Assembly: GCA_017463425.1 (NCBI GenBank)
Contig: JAFTPE010000014.1
Location: forward strand, 29,325-93,324
Source of the DNA: Clostridia bacterium
GTDB lineage: Bacteria > Bacillota > Clostridia > Christensenellales > Borkfalkiaceae
Reading direction: 5' to 3'
DNA: 64,000 nucleotides
A program made the translations under genes and the position numbers. Positions 19,198-29,734 of the stretch are shown here, one piece after another. The notes beneath the pieces are model-generated. The model was not told the DNA's origin, made no database searches, and saw nothing but the letters and a program-made list of their open reading frames with translations. The first letter of the stretch is position 1, and every line of letters starts with the position of its first letter.

Positions 19198-21537
19198 ATG
19201 AAAAAAATCGTTCCGGAATACGCCTTTTCGGCAGAACAATTGAATACGATATCTGTTCTTGCAGCCGAAACGGGGCTTACGGAACAAATCACGCGGATTT
19301 TGTATGCTCGCGGTGTAGATACTGCGCAAAAAATCCGTACGTTTATGCGTCCGTCGGAAAAAAACTTCCTCGACCCATTTTTAATGAGCGGTATGAAAGA
19401 GGCGGTGCAAATGATTACCGAGGCAAGGGATACGGGCAAAACCGTAGCGGTATTCGGGGATTACGATGCCGACGGCATTTGCGCGTCTGCGATTATGTAT
19501 CACGCCTTGCGTGAATTTGGTATCGAACCTCACGTGTACGTTCCTGAACGCGCGGACGGTTACGGCTTGTCCGAGGAGGCGATTGACCGCATTTTTGAAG
19601 AATGTAATCCCGAACTGTTTATCACCGTTGATTGTGGCATTTCTTGCGCGGACGAGGCGCAATATATATACGAACTCGGTTCGGACGTAATCGTAACCGA
19701 CCATCACGAACTTCCTGAAAGATTGCCCGATTGCGTGATTGTCAATCCGAAACTCAAAGACGATTACCCTTACGACAATCTTTGTGGCGCAGGGGTAGCG
19801 TTTAAACTCGCTTGCGCGTTGATAGGCGAGGCGGCGTATAAATATCTTGATTTTGCAACGCTTGCTACGGTTGCGGATAGCGTACCGCTTTTGGGTGAAA
19901 ATCGGGATATCGTAACCGCGGGCTTGAAATTATTCAACAACCGTATCCGTACTTGTTTTTCCTTGCTTATCAGTAAGAATGCGGAAAACGGCATAACGGC
20001 GCAAACGTTGGCGTTCCACGTCGCGCCCCGCGTCAATGCGGCGGGCAGAATGGGCGACGCGCAGGCGGCGTTTCAATTATTCATTTCTGAAAACGAATCG
20101 GAAATTTACGATTTGGCAACAAAGCTGTGTATGTACAACAGCGAGCGTCAAGATTGTTGCGACAAACTGTATCAATCCGCAAAACAAAAACTTTTACAAA
20201 AAGGCGCGTATGGCAACGTGATTATGCTGTCGGACGAAAGCTGGAATGCAGGATTTATCGGGATCGTCGCCGCGCGAATTTCGGAAGAATACAACCGTCC
20301 GACGTTGTTGTTTGTGCATAACGGCGACGTTCTAAAAGGCAGCGCGCGCAGTATTGAAAACATCAATATTTTCAACGCATTGAAAAATTGCGCGGAGCAT
20401 ATCGAAGAATTTGGCGGACACGCACAGGCGGCGGGAATCAATATCCTCGCCTCCAAATTCGACGATCTCGAACGCGCATTGAACGAGGAAATTGGGAAAA
20501 CGTATTCGTATCAAGATTTTGAACAAATCGTTCCCGTCAGCGAAGAACTTGACGGGCCGATTTTAGAAAAATTCGCCAAAGAATTAGAGGCGATGGAGCC
20601 TTACGGCGTAGGACACCGCCGTCCAATGTTTTCGCTTTCTGCGGCTTCTTGCGCGGTGCGGCCCACAAAAAATGCGTCTTCGCATATTTCCGTTCGCAGC
20701 GAATGGATTGATTTGATGTATTTTTCAGGGGCGAAAAACACGAAAATTATTGAAAGCGACGTGCATAAGAATTTTATTTTCACAATCAACGTTTCAAGGT
20801 TTAAAGGCAGAGAATATATAAAAGGACACGTATGCGATCTGATTTATGACGGGCGCACGGGCAGGGGCGCGGCGGAAAATATTTTTGCCAACGCTATCGC
20901 GCGTTTCTATTCCCCCTCGGTGGACGTAAAAACGATTGAGGTGTCTATGGAAGAAACCAAGGCGTTGATTGAACGCAAACGCGAGGAATGTCCCTACGGG
21001 CTGTGTTTGATAGCGTCGGATAGAAGGACGTTGCGTTTTTACGAGGGGCTGGAAGATTTCGCTTGCGATTTGTTTTATCCCTCGTCTAGAAATCTTTCCA
21101 ACGCATTGATTGTATCCCCTGCGGCAGATGCCGATTTATCGGGATTTCGCGATTTTATTTTCCTCGACGTGCCTTGCGATTTCAATATCGCGGCGCTTGC
21201 GGGAAAAACCGCGTACGTCAATCGTGATATATGCGGTTATAAAATGTTTGAATCGCTGGACACGGGCAGAGAGAGTTTGTTGGAAATTTTTGGCGCGTTG
21301 CGCCGTGAAATCAACAATTTGGTAGGCGCAACGGTGGAAGAACTTGCTGCCGCGTGCGATTGTCTTGGGTTTGATAAGCGTGAATTTATTTTCGCGTTGA
21401 ACGTGTTTGAAGAACTCGGTTTGGTGGCGTTTGGCGAAGGGAAATTAACGGTGTATCGCGGAGTAAAGGCAGAGCTTTGCGATTCAAAAATCTATAAGAA
21501 AGTGATTTCATTACAAGAAACGGGCGCGTTGGCGTGA
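19198..21537 (+). CDS. recJ: Single-stranded-DNA-specific exonuclease RecJ
   Basis: DHH motifs (VFGDYDADGI, TVDCG, VTDHH) and DHHA1 (GGHAQAAG). Confidence 0.92.
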   Translation: MKKIVPEYAFSAEQLNTISVLAAETGLTEQITRILYARGVDTAQKIRTFMRPSEKNFLDPFLMSGMKEAVQMITEARDTGKTVAVFGDYDADGICASAIMYHALREFGIEPHVYVPERADGYGLSEEAIDRIFEECNPELFITVDCGISCADEAQYIYELGSDVIVTDHHELPERLPDCVIVNPKLKDDYPYDNLCGAGVAFKLACALIGEAAYKYLDFATLATVADSVPLLGENRDIVTAGLKLFNNRIRTCFSLLISKNAENGITAQTLAFHVAPRVNAAGRMGDAQAAFQLFISENESEIYDLATKLCMYNSERQDCCDKLYQSAKQKLLQKGAYGNVIMLSDESWNAGFIGIVAARISEEYNRPTLLFVHNGDVLKGSARSIENINIFNALKNCAEHIEEFGGHAQAAGINILASKFDDLERALNEEIGKTYSYQDFEQIVPVSEELDGPILEKFAKELEAMEPYGVGHRRPMFSLSAASCAVRPTKNASSHISVRSEWIDLMYFSGAKNTKIIESDVHKNFIFTINVSRFKGREYIKGHVCDLIYDGRTGRGAAENIFANAIARFYSPSVDVKTIEVSMEETKALIERKREECPYGLCLIASDRRTLRFYEGLEDFACDLFYPSSRNLSNALIVSPAADADLSGFRDFIFLDVPCDFNIAALAGKTAYVNRDICGYKMFESLDTGRESLLEIFGALRREINNLVGATVEELAAACDCLGFDKREFIFALNVFEELGLVAFGEGKLTVYRGVKAELCDSKIYKKVISLQETGALA

Positions 21538-21561
21538 AGATAGGAAAAAAGAGGCAGACAG

Positions 21562-23709
21562 ATGGAAACTACGTTGAAAAAAATCAATCAGTTGTACGAT
21601 AATCGCGAACGGGAAACGTTGCTTCGCGCGTACGATTATGCCGAAGCGGCGCACGCAAATCAAAAGCGCGCGTCGGGCGAGCCGTATTTTATTCATCCTT
21701 GCGCCGTTGCGGATATTTTAATGGATTTGGGATTGGATTCCGCCACGATTGCCGCCGCGCTGTTGCACGACGTCATTGAAGACACGGACTCGACGGCGGA
21801 AGATATCAAAGAGGCGTTTGGCGACGAAGTGTTGGATTTGGTCAGCGGCGTAACCAAACTCGAAAAAATTGTTTTTAAATCCCAAGAGGACGCAGACGCG
21901 GAAAATTTTAGAAAAATTTTCGTGGCAATGGCGAAAGACGTGCGTGTGATTATCATCAAACTTGCGGATAGGTTACACAATATGCGTTCGCTCAATTTTC
22001 TTTCATACGAACGTCAACAACGTATGGCAAGCGAAACGTTGGATATTTACGCGCCGCTTGCAGGGCGACTGGGTATTTCGCAAATCAAATGCGAATTGGA
22101 AGATTTGTGTTTGAAATATCTCGACCCCGAGGCGTACGATTCGTTGGTGCTTAGTATTCGCGAACGTTTGTCGGAAAGAAAAGAATTTGTCAATAAAATC
22201 GTGGAAGAAATCCGTGAAATTATGGACAACGATAAGGTGGCAGGCGAAGTGTTCGGCAGACCCAAACATTTCTATTCCATCTATAAAAAAATGAAAAACA
22301 AGGGCAAAACGTTAGATCAGATATACGATTTAACGGCGGTGCGCGTAATCGTAGACGACATCAGTCAATGTTATACCGTGCTTGGGCGTATTCACGAAAA
22401 ATGGAAACCCATTCCCGGGCGTATCAAAGATTATATCGCCACGCCAAAGCCCAACAAATATCAATCTTTACACACGACGGTTATGACCAAATACGGTCAG
22501 CCGTTTGAAATTCAAATTCGTACGGAAGAAATGCACCGCGTTGCGGAATTCGGTATCGCGGCGCATTGGAAATATAAAGAGGGCAGAACGGAAGCGGACA
22601 AAGGGAATTTTGAAAACCGTCTTGCTTGGCTGAGAGAGGTTATGGAATGGCAAGGCGATTTGAAAGATTCTAAAGAATTTATCAGCGCTTTGAAAACCGA
22701 ACTTTACAGCCACGAATTGTTGGTGTTTACGCCACGCGGAAAGGTTATTTCCTTGCCGCCTGAGGCAACGCCTATCGATTTTGCATACGCAATCCATTCG
22801 GAGGTGGGCAACCATTGTACGGGTGCGAGAGTGAATTCTAAAATCGTACCCTTGACGACGACGCTGGAAGTGGGGGACGTGGTGGAAATCATTACGTCGC
22901 CAAATTCGAAAGGTCCGTCGCGCGATTGGTTAAAATTTATCAAATCGTCCAGCGCAAAGGCAAAAATCAGGCAATTCTATAAAAACGAATTAAAAGAAGA
23001 AAATATCCGTATCGGACAAATCAAATTGGAAGAAGAGGCGAAAAAGAAGGGATTTTCCCTCTCTACTCTCCTTACGGACGAGAGTTTTAAACGCATTTCC
23101 GAACGTTTCTCCTTCGGGGAACAGGAAGAAATGTTTGCCGCGGTTGGGTACGGCTCGATTTCCGTTAATCAAATTTTATTTAAGTTGATTGATTTTTATC
23201 GCAAAGAAACTCCCTTGCCTATCGAAGTGCGCGCAGGCGAAAACGTGGGGAGAAATCCTGGCGGCGTACTTGTCAACGGTCAAGCTGGAATTTTGGTGCA
23301 TTTTGCGGGCTGTTGTTCGCCCGTTCCTGGCGACGATATCATCAGTTACACCTCGCGTGGCCGCGGTACGGTGATTCACCGCGCGGATTGTCCAAATCTT
23401 CGCGGCGTAGAACAACAACGATTGTTGCCTGCGTCTTGGCAGATTGCCGCAGGAGCGAAACAGCGTTACAATGCAAACATTGCCATTCGCGCAGCGGATC
23501 AGGGTGCGGCGTTGTCCGTACTCTCGTTCGTAGTGGCGGATTTGAAATTGTCGATTACAGCGGTCAACGGCAGAATGGATAAAAACCGCGACGCGGTGTT
23601 GGAGGCGTCCATTTCCTTGACGGACATTGCCGAAGTGGATATGCTGATTAAAAAATTACAGGCGGATAAACGTATATACGAGGTGCATCGTATTACGTCA
23701 TTGTCTTGA
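21562..23709 (+). CDS. relA: Bifunctional (p)ppGpp synthetase/hydrolase
   Basis: HD hydrolase (HDVIEDT), RelA/SpoT synthetase (YRSLHT-like YQSLHTTV), TGS and C-terminal ACT regions. 715 aa. Confidence 0.95.
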   Translation: METTLKKINQLYDNRERETLLRAYDYAEAAHANQKRASGEPYFIHPCAVADILMDLGLDSATIAAALLHDVIEDTDSTAEDIKEAFGDEVLDLVSGVTKLEKIVFKSQEDADAENFRKIFVAMAKDVRVIIIKLADRLHNMRSLNFLSYERQQRMASETLDIYAPLAGRLGISQIKCELEDLCLKYLDPEAYDSLVLSIRERLSERKEFVNKIVEEIREIMDNDKVAGEVFGRPKHFYSIYKKMKNKGKTLDQIYDLTAVRVIVDDISQCYTVLGRIHEKWKPIPGRIKDYIATPKPNKYQSLHTTVMTKYGQPFEIQIRTEEMHRVAEFGIAAHWKYKEGRTEADKGNFENRLAWLREVMEWQGDLKDSKEFISALKTELYSHELLVFTPRGKVISLPPEATPIDFAYAIHSEVGNHCTGARVNSKIVPLTTTLEVGDVVEIITSPNSKGPSRDWLKFIKSSSAKAKIRQFYKNELKEENIRIGQIKLEEEAKKKGFSLSTLLTDESFKRISERFSFGEQEEMFAAVGYGSISVNQILFKLIDFYRKETPLPIEVRAGENVGRNPGGVLVNGQAGILVHFAGCCSPVPGDDIISYTSRGRGTVIHRADCPNLRGVEQQRLLPASWQIAAGAKQRYNANIAIRAADQGAALSVLSFVVADLKLSITAVNGRMDKNRDAVLEASISLTDIAEVDMLIKKLQADKRIYEVHRITSLS

Positions 23710-23719
23710 CGGGGGAAGA

Positions 23720-24343
23720 ATGGAAATTATTACGATATCTCCACGCGGTTTCGGCGCAAATACTTACGTTATCACCGAAGATGGAAAAAATGCGATTGTA
23801 ATCGATCCGTCGCAAACCCGAGTGGAAAGCGAACTGTTAAAACGCAACCTCACGCCCAAATACGTGCTTTTGACTCATTGCCATTTCGACCACGTAGGCG
23901 GCGTGTCCGTTTTACAGCAAAGCGGCGCGAAAGTTTTGTGCTTGGAAGAGGAAAAATCTTTAATCGGCACGGAAGCGGATTTGTTTTCTCTGTTTGGCGC
24001 GCCCCGTATGCCGTATACGATTGACGAAACTTTGAAAGACGGTGAAGAGCGCACGTTTTGCGGCGTTCGGGTTCAAACGTTGCGTACCTCGGGGCATACA
24101 AAGGGAAGTTGTTGTTATTTGATTACCGCAAACGACGGGGGCAGGTATTTGTTTACGGGTGATACGTTGTTTGCAGGTACGATAGGCAGAACGGATTTTC
24201 CCACGGGAAATATCGGACAGCTTCGCGAATCGCTGAGAAAATTGTCTGCGTTAGAAGGCGATATGCCCATCTATGCAGGACATAACGAAGAAACCACCCT
24301 TGAAACCGAACGAAAAACCAACCCGTTTATGTTGGACGTATAA
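23720..24343 (+). CDS. MBL-fold metallo-hydrolase (hydroxyacylglutathione-hydrolase-like)
   Basis: THCHFDHVGG metal motif; 207 aa. Confidence 0.85.
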   Translation: MEIITISPRGFGANTYVITEDGKNAIVIDPSQTRVESELLKRNLTPKYVLLTHCHFDHVGGVSVLQQSGAKVLCLEEEKSLIGTEADLFSLFGAPRMPYTIDETLKDGEERTFCGVRVQTLRTSGHTKGSCCYLITANDGGRYLFTGDTLFAGTIGRTDFPTGNIGQLRESLRKLSALEGDMPIYAGHNEETTLETERKTNPFMLDV

Positions 24344-24361
24344 ACGATAAAGGAAAAAATT

Positions 24362-25762
24362 ATGTTTACCACCAATTGCGCGTTTTTGGAAAACGAATTG
24401 TTGGACGTGGCGCGGCTGTTCCGTCGCCAACCCCAAACGATAACGCACTCTTTCCGTTTTGAAGAGGGCGTTTTTTGCAACGATTTTGTAATCGACGGAA
24501 AATCGTTTTCGTTCAAAGATAGGGGGCAGGTATGCGACGAACTCGAATTTAAACGTTTTGAACGCCGCTATGCAAAGCTCGCTTTATACGGGATTTTATC
24601 CGATTTATACGGTGAAGAAATGCCCTGGGGCGCGCTAACGGGGATTCGTCCTACCAAACTTGCGTATACCGAACAGGAGGCGGGACGTTCGTATGAAGAT
24701 TTGTTTAAGCGAATGAGGGTCAGCGAGGGAAATATCCGTTTAATTGCCGACATTTTAAAAACGCAGAAAGGGATTTACGAGAAAAAGGACGGCAACACCA
24801 ACTTGTTCGTATCCATTCCTTTTTGTCCTACGAAATGCGCCTATTGTTCTTTTATTACCGCGCCCATAGAAAAGACTCGCTGTTTTCTTCCGCAATACCT
24901 CGATTGTTTAAAAAAAGAACTCGCAGCGGCAGGCGAAAGTGTGGGAACGCTCCGCAGCGTCTATATCGGGGGAGGTACGCCGTTTGCCTTGTCCGTGGCT
25001 GAATTGAAAGAGGTTTTAATGGGCGTCGCGCCGATTATAAACAGCGCAAAATCGGGGGTGGAATACACGGTAGAGGCAGGCAGACCGGACGTATTTAGCG
25101 AAGAAAAATTGGCTTTGCTAAAAGAGTACGGCGTTACGCGGATTTGCATCAATCCCCAAACGTTTTCGGACGAAACGTTACAAAAAATAGGCAGGAAACA
25201 TACGGTTGCAGATATTTATCGCGCATTTGAAATGTCGGAAAAATACGGGTTTATCATTAACGTTGATTTAATAGCAGGGTTGACGGACGAAACGCCCGAA
25301 ACGTTTATAAGCAGCGTGCATCGCGCAATCGAAACGGGCGCGGACAATATCACGGTGCATTGTCTATCTTTAAAATCGGGCGCAAAGCTGAAAGAGGATA
25401 TGTTAAAAGACGACGAAATCTATCTTAAAAACGATTTCATCTCAACCATGGTATCCTCCTCGCGTGAAATTTTAAGCAAAAACGGCTATGCGCCGTATTA
25501 TATGTACCGCCAAAAATATCAGGTGGGCAACAACGAAAACGTAGGCTGGACAAAACCGAACAAAGCGTGCGTATATAATATAGATATAATGGAAGAAACG
25601 GCGGACAACCTTGCGGTGGGCGCAAACGCCGTATCCAAACGCGTGTATAATGAAAAAGGACTGATTACGCGCTTTGCCTCACAAAAAGATTTGAAAACGT
25701 ATATAGAAAATATCGATTCGATTATCGAAAAACGCAGAAAATTTTTTAAATTATTCAAATAA
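24362..25762 (+). CDS. hemZ: HemN-family radical SAM protein (HemZ-like oxygen-independent coproporphyrinogen dehydrogenase homolog)
   Basis: CPTKCAYCSF radical SAM motif, GGGTP motif (YIGGGTPF), HemN-like core with a ~150-aa N-terminal extension. Confidence 0.6.
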   Translation: MFTTNCAFLENELLDVARLFRRQPQTITHSFRFEEGVFCNDFVIDGKSFSFKDRGQVCDELEFKRFERRYAKLALYGILSDLYGEEMPWGALTGIRPTKLAYTEQEAGRSYEDLFKRMRVSEGNIRLIADILKTQKGIYEKKDGNTNLFVSIPFCPTKCAYCSFITAPIEKTRCFLPQYLDCLKKELAAAGESVGTLRSVYIGGGTPFALSVAELKEVLMGVAPIINSAKSGVEYTVEAGRPDVFSEEKLALLKEYGVTRICINPQTFSDETLQKIGRKHTVADIYRAFEMSEKYGFIINVDLIAGLTDETPETFISSVHRAIETGADNITVHCLSLKSGAKLKEDMLKDDEIYLKNDFISTMVSSSREILSKNGYAPYYMYRQKYQVGNNENVGWTKPNKACVYNIDIMEETADNLAVGANAVSKRVYNEKGLITRFASQKDLKTYIENIDSIIEKRRKFFKLFK

Positions 25763-25787
25763 AAATCAAAAAACGGCTCATTTTTAA

Positions 25788-25816
25788 TTTACAATCAAGG
25801 AAGAATATGTTAAAAT
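25788..25816 (+). promoter_or_regulatory. Sigma-A promoter of rpsO, followed by a ~75-nt leader with hairpins (possible S15 autoregulatory site)
   Basis: TTTACA, 17 nt spacer, TAAAAT. The leader contains GGAGCGATTCTCC and other pairings ahead of the AGGAGG SD. Confidence 0.45.
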
Positions 25817-25899
25817 AGTAATAACGGCTGTCTGGGCGGAGCGATTCTCCACGACTGACTCAGCAGTACGAGATACAATTTCCATAGGAGGATAAAAAA

Positions 25900-26154
25900 A
25901 TGGAAAAGAACGAAATCATTGCAAAATTTGCAACACACGAAGGTGATACGGGTTCTCCCGAAGTTCAAATTGCGCTTTTGACGCAAAGAATCAATCACCT
26001 TAACGAACACTTGAAAGAGCACAAGTTGGACAATCACTCCCGTCGTGGTCTTTTGAAAATGGTAGGTAAGCGCCGCGGTCTTCTCGACTATCTCAAAGAT
26101 AAAGACATTGCGAGATACAGAGCGATTATCGAAGCGTTGGGGCTTAGAAAGTAA
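25900..26154 (+). CDS. rpsO: 30S ribosomal protein S15
   Basis: 84 aa; [51 protein letters not shown] is the S15 signature. Confidence 0.97.
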   Translation: MEKNEIIAKFATHEGDTGSPEVQIALLTQRINHLNEHLKEHKLDNHSRRGLLKMVGKRRGLLDYLKDKDIARYRAIIEALGLRK

Positions 26155-26332
26155 TGCAAGCACGAAAGGGCGGGTTGTTTTAACTCGCTCTTTTTTGTGG
26201 ATATACGGAAAAACGGACAAGCCCACGGCATAAGGCGAACTCACGTTTCCGCGTATCAAAACCCTGCTTGCTGTCGGGCGACGCAAGCGGACAAGAACCA
26301 AAAAGAATTATTAGACAAGGAGAATTTTTACA

Positions 26333-28432
26333 ATGCCACTTTTAGAAAACACCAAAATTTTTAAGACGGATTATGCAGGAAGAGAACTTACCGTAGAAAT
26401 CGGTAAATACGCAGAACAAGCGAACGGCGCTTGTTTGGTGCGTTGTGGGGATACCGTAGTAAACGTAACGGTATGTATGTCGGAAACGGCAAGAGAAGGT
26501 ATGGATTTCTTCCCCCTTTCCGTAGATTATGAAGAAAAAATGTTCGCAGTGGGTAAAATCCCCGGCGGTTTCAAAAAGCGCGAGGGCAGAGCGTCCGATA
26601 AGGCTATCCTTACTAGCCGTTTGATTGACCGCCCTATTCGCCCCCTGTTCCCGAAAGGAATTTTTAACGACGTAGTTGTGGTTGCAACGGCGCTTTCCGT
26701 TGACCCTGACATTTCTCCCGAACCTTTGGCAATGGTCGGTTCGTCCATTGCATTGTCCATTTCCGATATCCCTTGGGCAGGCCCTACGGGTTCGGTTGTC
26801 GTAGGTTGCGTTGACGGTCAATACGTCATCAACCCCGATATGGAACAACGCGCAAAGAGTACCATTCACCTCAACCTCGCAGGTACATCTGACGCAATCT
26901 TGATGATTGAAGCGGGCGCAAACGAAGTTACCGACGCGGAAATGGTTGGCGCGATTATGTTCGGTCATGAAGAAATCAAAAAGGTTTGCAAATGGATTGC
27001 GGAAGAAATCGTTCCCGTTGCAGGCAAACCTAAGAAAGAAATGGAACTTTACCATATTCCCGAAGATTTGGATGCAGCAGTAAAAGCGTATGGTTATGAT
27101 AAACTCTACGCTGCGCTCGACACGTTTGACCGTCAGGAAAGACAAGAAAAACAAGCGGCTGCAGAGGCGGAAATTATCGAACATTTTACCGATATTTACC
27201 CCGATCAAATCCGCGAAGTAAAAGATTCGATTTACTATATCGTAAAAGGTATCGTTCGCGCGAAGATTTTCGACGGCGTACGTCCTGACGGCAGAAAACT
27301 TACCGAAGTTCGTCCTATCTGGTGCGAACACGGCGTATTGCCTCGCGTACACGGTTCGGCTGTGTTCACGAGAGGTCAAACGCAAGCGCTCACCACCTGT
27401 ACGCTGGGTATGCTCGGCGAAGCGCAGAGAATGGAAGGGCTTGACGAAGAAGAAGAAAAGAGATATATGCATCAATACAACTTCCCCGGTTATTCCACGG
27501 GCGAAGCAAAAGCATTGAGATCTCCTGGTAGACGTGAAATCGGACACGGCGCTCTTGCAGAACGCGCGCTCGTTCCTGTAATTCCTTCGCCCGAAGAATT
27601 CCCGTATGCAATCCGCGTGGTATCTGACATTATGTCGTCCAACGGTTCGTCGTCGATGGCATCCGTTTGCGGTTCGACCATGTCCCTTATGGACGCAGGC
27701 GTTCCCATTAAAGCGCCCGTAGCTGGTTGCGCAATGGGGCTTGTAAAAGACCAAGAAACGGGCAAATACGTTATCATGACGGATATTCAAGGTTTGGAAG
27801 ACTTCCTCGGCGATATGGACTTTAAGGTGGCTGGTACGGACAAGGGTATCACGGCAATCCAAATGGATATCAAGATTAAGGGAATTTCCGAACAAATCAT
27901 GCTCGACGCAATTGCGCAAGCGCAAGAGGCGAGAAAGTATATTTTGGGTAAAATGTTAGAATGTATTCCTCAAACCAACGAACAGCTTTCGGTGTACGCT
28001 CCGAAAATCGTTACGTTTAAAATCAATCCCGAAAAGATTGGCGACGTCGTTGGTAAGCAAGGCAAAGTCATCAACAAAATTATCGAACAAACGGGTACGA
28101 AAATTGATATTGAAGAAGACGGCACCGTATGTATCGCTTGCTTTGGCGATATCTCAAACGCAAAACGCGCGCAAGCAATCGTTGAATCCATTGCGCACGA
28201 CCCCGAAGTTGGCGATATGTTCGTAGGCGTTGTCGTTCGTATTCTTTCCAAAGTCGGCGCGTTCGTTGAATTTGCGCCTGGTAAGGACGGTATGGTGCAT
28301 ATTTCCAAACTTTCCGAACAGAGAGTAAACCAAGTGGAAGACGTACTCAATATCGGCGACAAAGTGAAAGTGGAAATCATTAAAATCGGCGAAAAGGGTA
28401 TCGATTTGAAATTGCTTGAAAAAATGGACTAA
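26333..28432 (+). CDS. pnp: Polyribonucleotide nucleotidyltransferase (PNPase)
   Basis: 699 aa. Two RNase PH domains, then KH (GKQGKVINKI) and S1 (GVVVRILSKVGAFVEF) domains. Conserved rpsO-pnp order. Confidence 0.97.
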   Translation: MPLLENTKIFKTDYAGRELTVEIGKYAEQANGACLVRCGDTVVNVTVCMSETAREGMDFFPLSVDYEEKMFAVGKIPGGFKKREGRASDKAILTSRLIDRPIRPLFPKGIFNDVVVVATALSVDPDISPEPLAMVGSSIALSISDIPWAGPTGSVVVGCVDGQYVINPDMEQRAKSTIHLNLAGTSDAILMIEAGANEVTDAEMVGAIMFGHEEIKKVCKWIAEEIVPVAGKPKKEMELYHIPEDLDAAVKAYGYDKLYAALDTFDRQERQEKQAAAEAEIIEHFTDIYPDQIREVKDSIYYIVKGIVRAKIFDGVRPDGRKLTEVRPIWCEHGVLPRVHGSAVFTRGQTQALTTCTLGMLGEAQRMEGLDEEEEKRYMHQYNFPGYSTGEAKALRSPGRREIGHGALAERALVPVIPSPEEFPYAIRVVSDIMSSNGSSSMASVCGSTMSLMDAGVPIKAPVAGCAMGLVKDQETGKYVIMTDIQGLEDFLGDMDFKVAGTDKGITAIQMDIKIKGISEQIMLDAIAQAQEARKYILGKMLECIPQTNEQLSVYAPKIVTFKINPEKIGDVVGKQGKVINKIIEQTGTKIDIEEDGTVCIACFGDISNAKRAQAIVESIAHDPEVGDMFVGVVVRILSKVGAFVEFAPGKDGMVHISKLSEQRVNQVEDVLNIGDKVKVEIIKIGEKGIDLKLLEKMD

Positions 28433-28465
28433 AAGTTTTTAAAGGCTTTTCCGATTTATCAAAAT

Positions 28466-28503
28466 CCCCGACAGGCATAGACTTGTCGGGGATTTGGTTT
28501 TTT
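28466..28503 (+). terminator. Terminator after pnp
   Basis: CCCCGACA / TGTCGGGG stem followed by ATTTGGTTTTTT. Confidence 0.7.
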
Positions 28504-28557
28504 GAATGGAATAGAAACAAAGCAAAAAGGCAAAAAACAAAACGGTTGTCTTTTGGA

Positions 28558-28587
28558 TTGACAAACGCCGTAAAGATAGTGTATAAT
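28558..28587 (+). promoter_or_regulatory. Sigma-A promoter of the GT2 gene
   Basis: TTGACA, 18 nt spacer, TATAAT, 19 nt before ATG 28606. Confidence 0.55.
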
Positions 28588-28605
28588 AAAAACGAGGTGA
28601 ATACT

Positions 28606-29538
28606 ATGCTGAAATATTCGATAATCGTGCCTGCCTATAACGAAGAAAAGAGTTTGGATCTGTTTTACAAAGCGGTTACCCCTCTTATGGACGGTTTGAA
28701 CGAAGAATACGAAATGATTTTTATAAATGACGGCAGCAGGGACGCAACGAAAGAGATTTTAGACGGATTGGCGCAAAAGGATAATCGAGTAAAAGTGTGC
28801 CATTTTTCTCGTAATTTTGGACAACAAGCGGCTCTGCTTTGCGGTTTGAAAGAATCGAGCGGACAAGCTGTGATTGCTATGGACGCGGACTTGCAAGACC
28901 CACCCGAGGTGGCTTTGCAAATGATAGAGAAATGGAAAGAGGGTTTTGATATCGTTCACGGTAGACGAAAAAAACGGAACGGGGAAACGGCGTTTAAGAA
29001 AGCAACCGCGTACGTGTATTACCGTTTTATGCGTAAAATTACAAAAATGGATATGCCAGCCGACGTCGGCGATTTTAAATTGTACGACAGAAAAGTGGTC
29101 AACGCCATTTTATCCCTTAGCGAACACGACAGACTTCTTCGCGCGCAGGTCGCGTGGGTGGGATTTAAACAAACTTTCGTCGATTTTGAACGCCCCGAAC
29201 GGGTTGCAGGTAAAACGCATTATACGTTGAAAAAAATGATTAAGTTGGCGGAGTCGGGGGTATTTCCCAACACCGATTATACGTTGACTTTTCCCATTAA
29301 ATTGGGTGTGTTGATAGGTTTTCTCAGCGTTGTCTGCTTTATCACGTTTATCGTTTTGGCGTGTAGCGGCGTATCATTCGGCGGCTTGACCGCTTGGCTT
29401 TTTCCGACGATTGGCGTGGCTGTGGCGATTTTGCTTGTTTGTCAAGGCTTGGCGAATATGCATACGGCAATGATTTACCGCGAAGTGCAAAACCGACCGA
29501 TTTATATCGTATCTGAAAAAATCAATTTTGATAAATAA
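28606..29538 (+). CDS. GT2-family polyprenol-phosphate glycosyltransferase (GtrB/ArnC-like)
   Basis: ATG 28606 (MLKYSIIVPAYNEE..) follows GAGGTG; the ORF-track start 28483 runs through the promoter. DxD-type motif (MDADLQD) and two C-terminal TM helices. Confidence 0.85.
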   Translation: MLKYSIIVPAYNEEKSLDLFYKAVTPLMDGLNEEYEMIFINDGSRDATKEILDGLAQKDNRVKVCHFSRNFGQQAALLCGLKESSGQAVIAMDADLQDPPEVALQMIEKWKEGFDIVHGRRKKRNGETAFKKATAYVYYRFMRKITKMDMPADVGDFKLYDRKVVNAILSLSEHDRLLRAQVAWVGFKQTFVDFERPERVAGKTHYTLKKMIKLAESGVFPNTDYTLTFPIKLGVLIGFLSVVCFITFIVLACSGVSFGGLTAWLFPTIGVAVAILLVCQGLANMHTAMIYREVQNRPIYIVSEKINFDK

Positions 29539-29544
29539 AAATGA

Positions 29545-29573
29545 AAAACGCTTTGCCTCGCGCAAAGCGTTTT
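29545..29573. terminator. Terminator after the GT2 gene
   Basis: AAAACGCTTTGC / GCAAAGCGTTTT 12-bp stem with a 5-nt loop. Confidence 0.75.
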
Positions 29574-29599
29574 AATGATTTAATACCAAACTTGAAAAA

Positions 29600-29682
29600 A
29601 TTTCTTGACCGTTCCTGAAATAAAAAACAAAATGCCACGCTGTCATTCAAAGGAGCATAGCGACGTAGGAATCTCGTGGCGT
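29600..29682. repeat. Composite hairpin repeat, copy 1 (degenerate)
   Basis: CTTGACCGTTCC half-hairpin (29604-29615), then TGTCATTCAAAGGAGCATAGCGACGTAGGAATC (29641-29673) bracketed by GCCACG/CGTGGC. Confidence 0.6.
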
Positions 29683-29734
29683 ACTTTTTACCTATCTCTT
29701 GAAAAAAAACTCTGTCGTCGTTGCGGACAACGTT

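Noticed and set aside
25810-26301. 163-aa minus-strand ORF spanning rpsO and its flanks
   Set aside because: It overlaps the rpsO CDS, its promoter and its terminator region on the opposite strand. rpsO is unambiguous.
26342-27925. 527-aa ORF on the minus strand
   Set aside because: It lies entirely antisense to pnp, whose product has unmistakable PNPase domains. Its translation is low-complexity (R/F/C/H-rich) with no SD or promoter. This is a typical shadow ORF.
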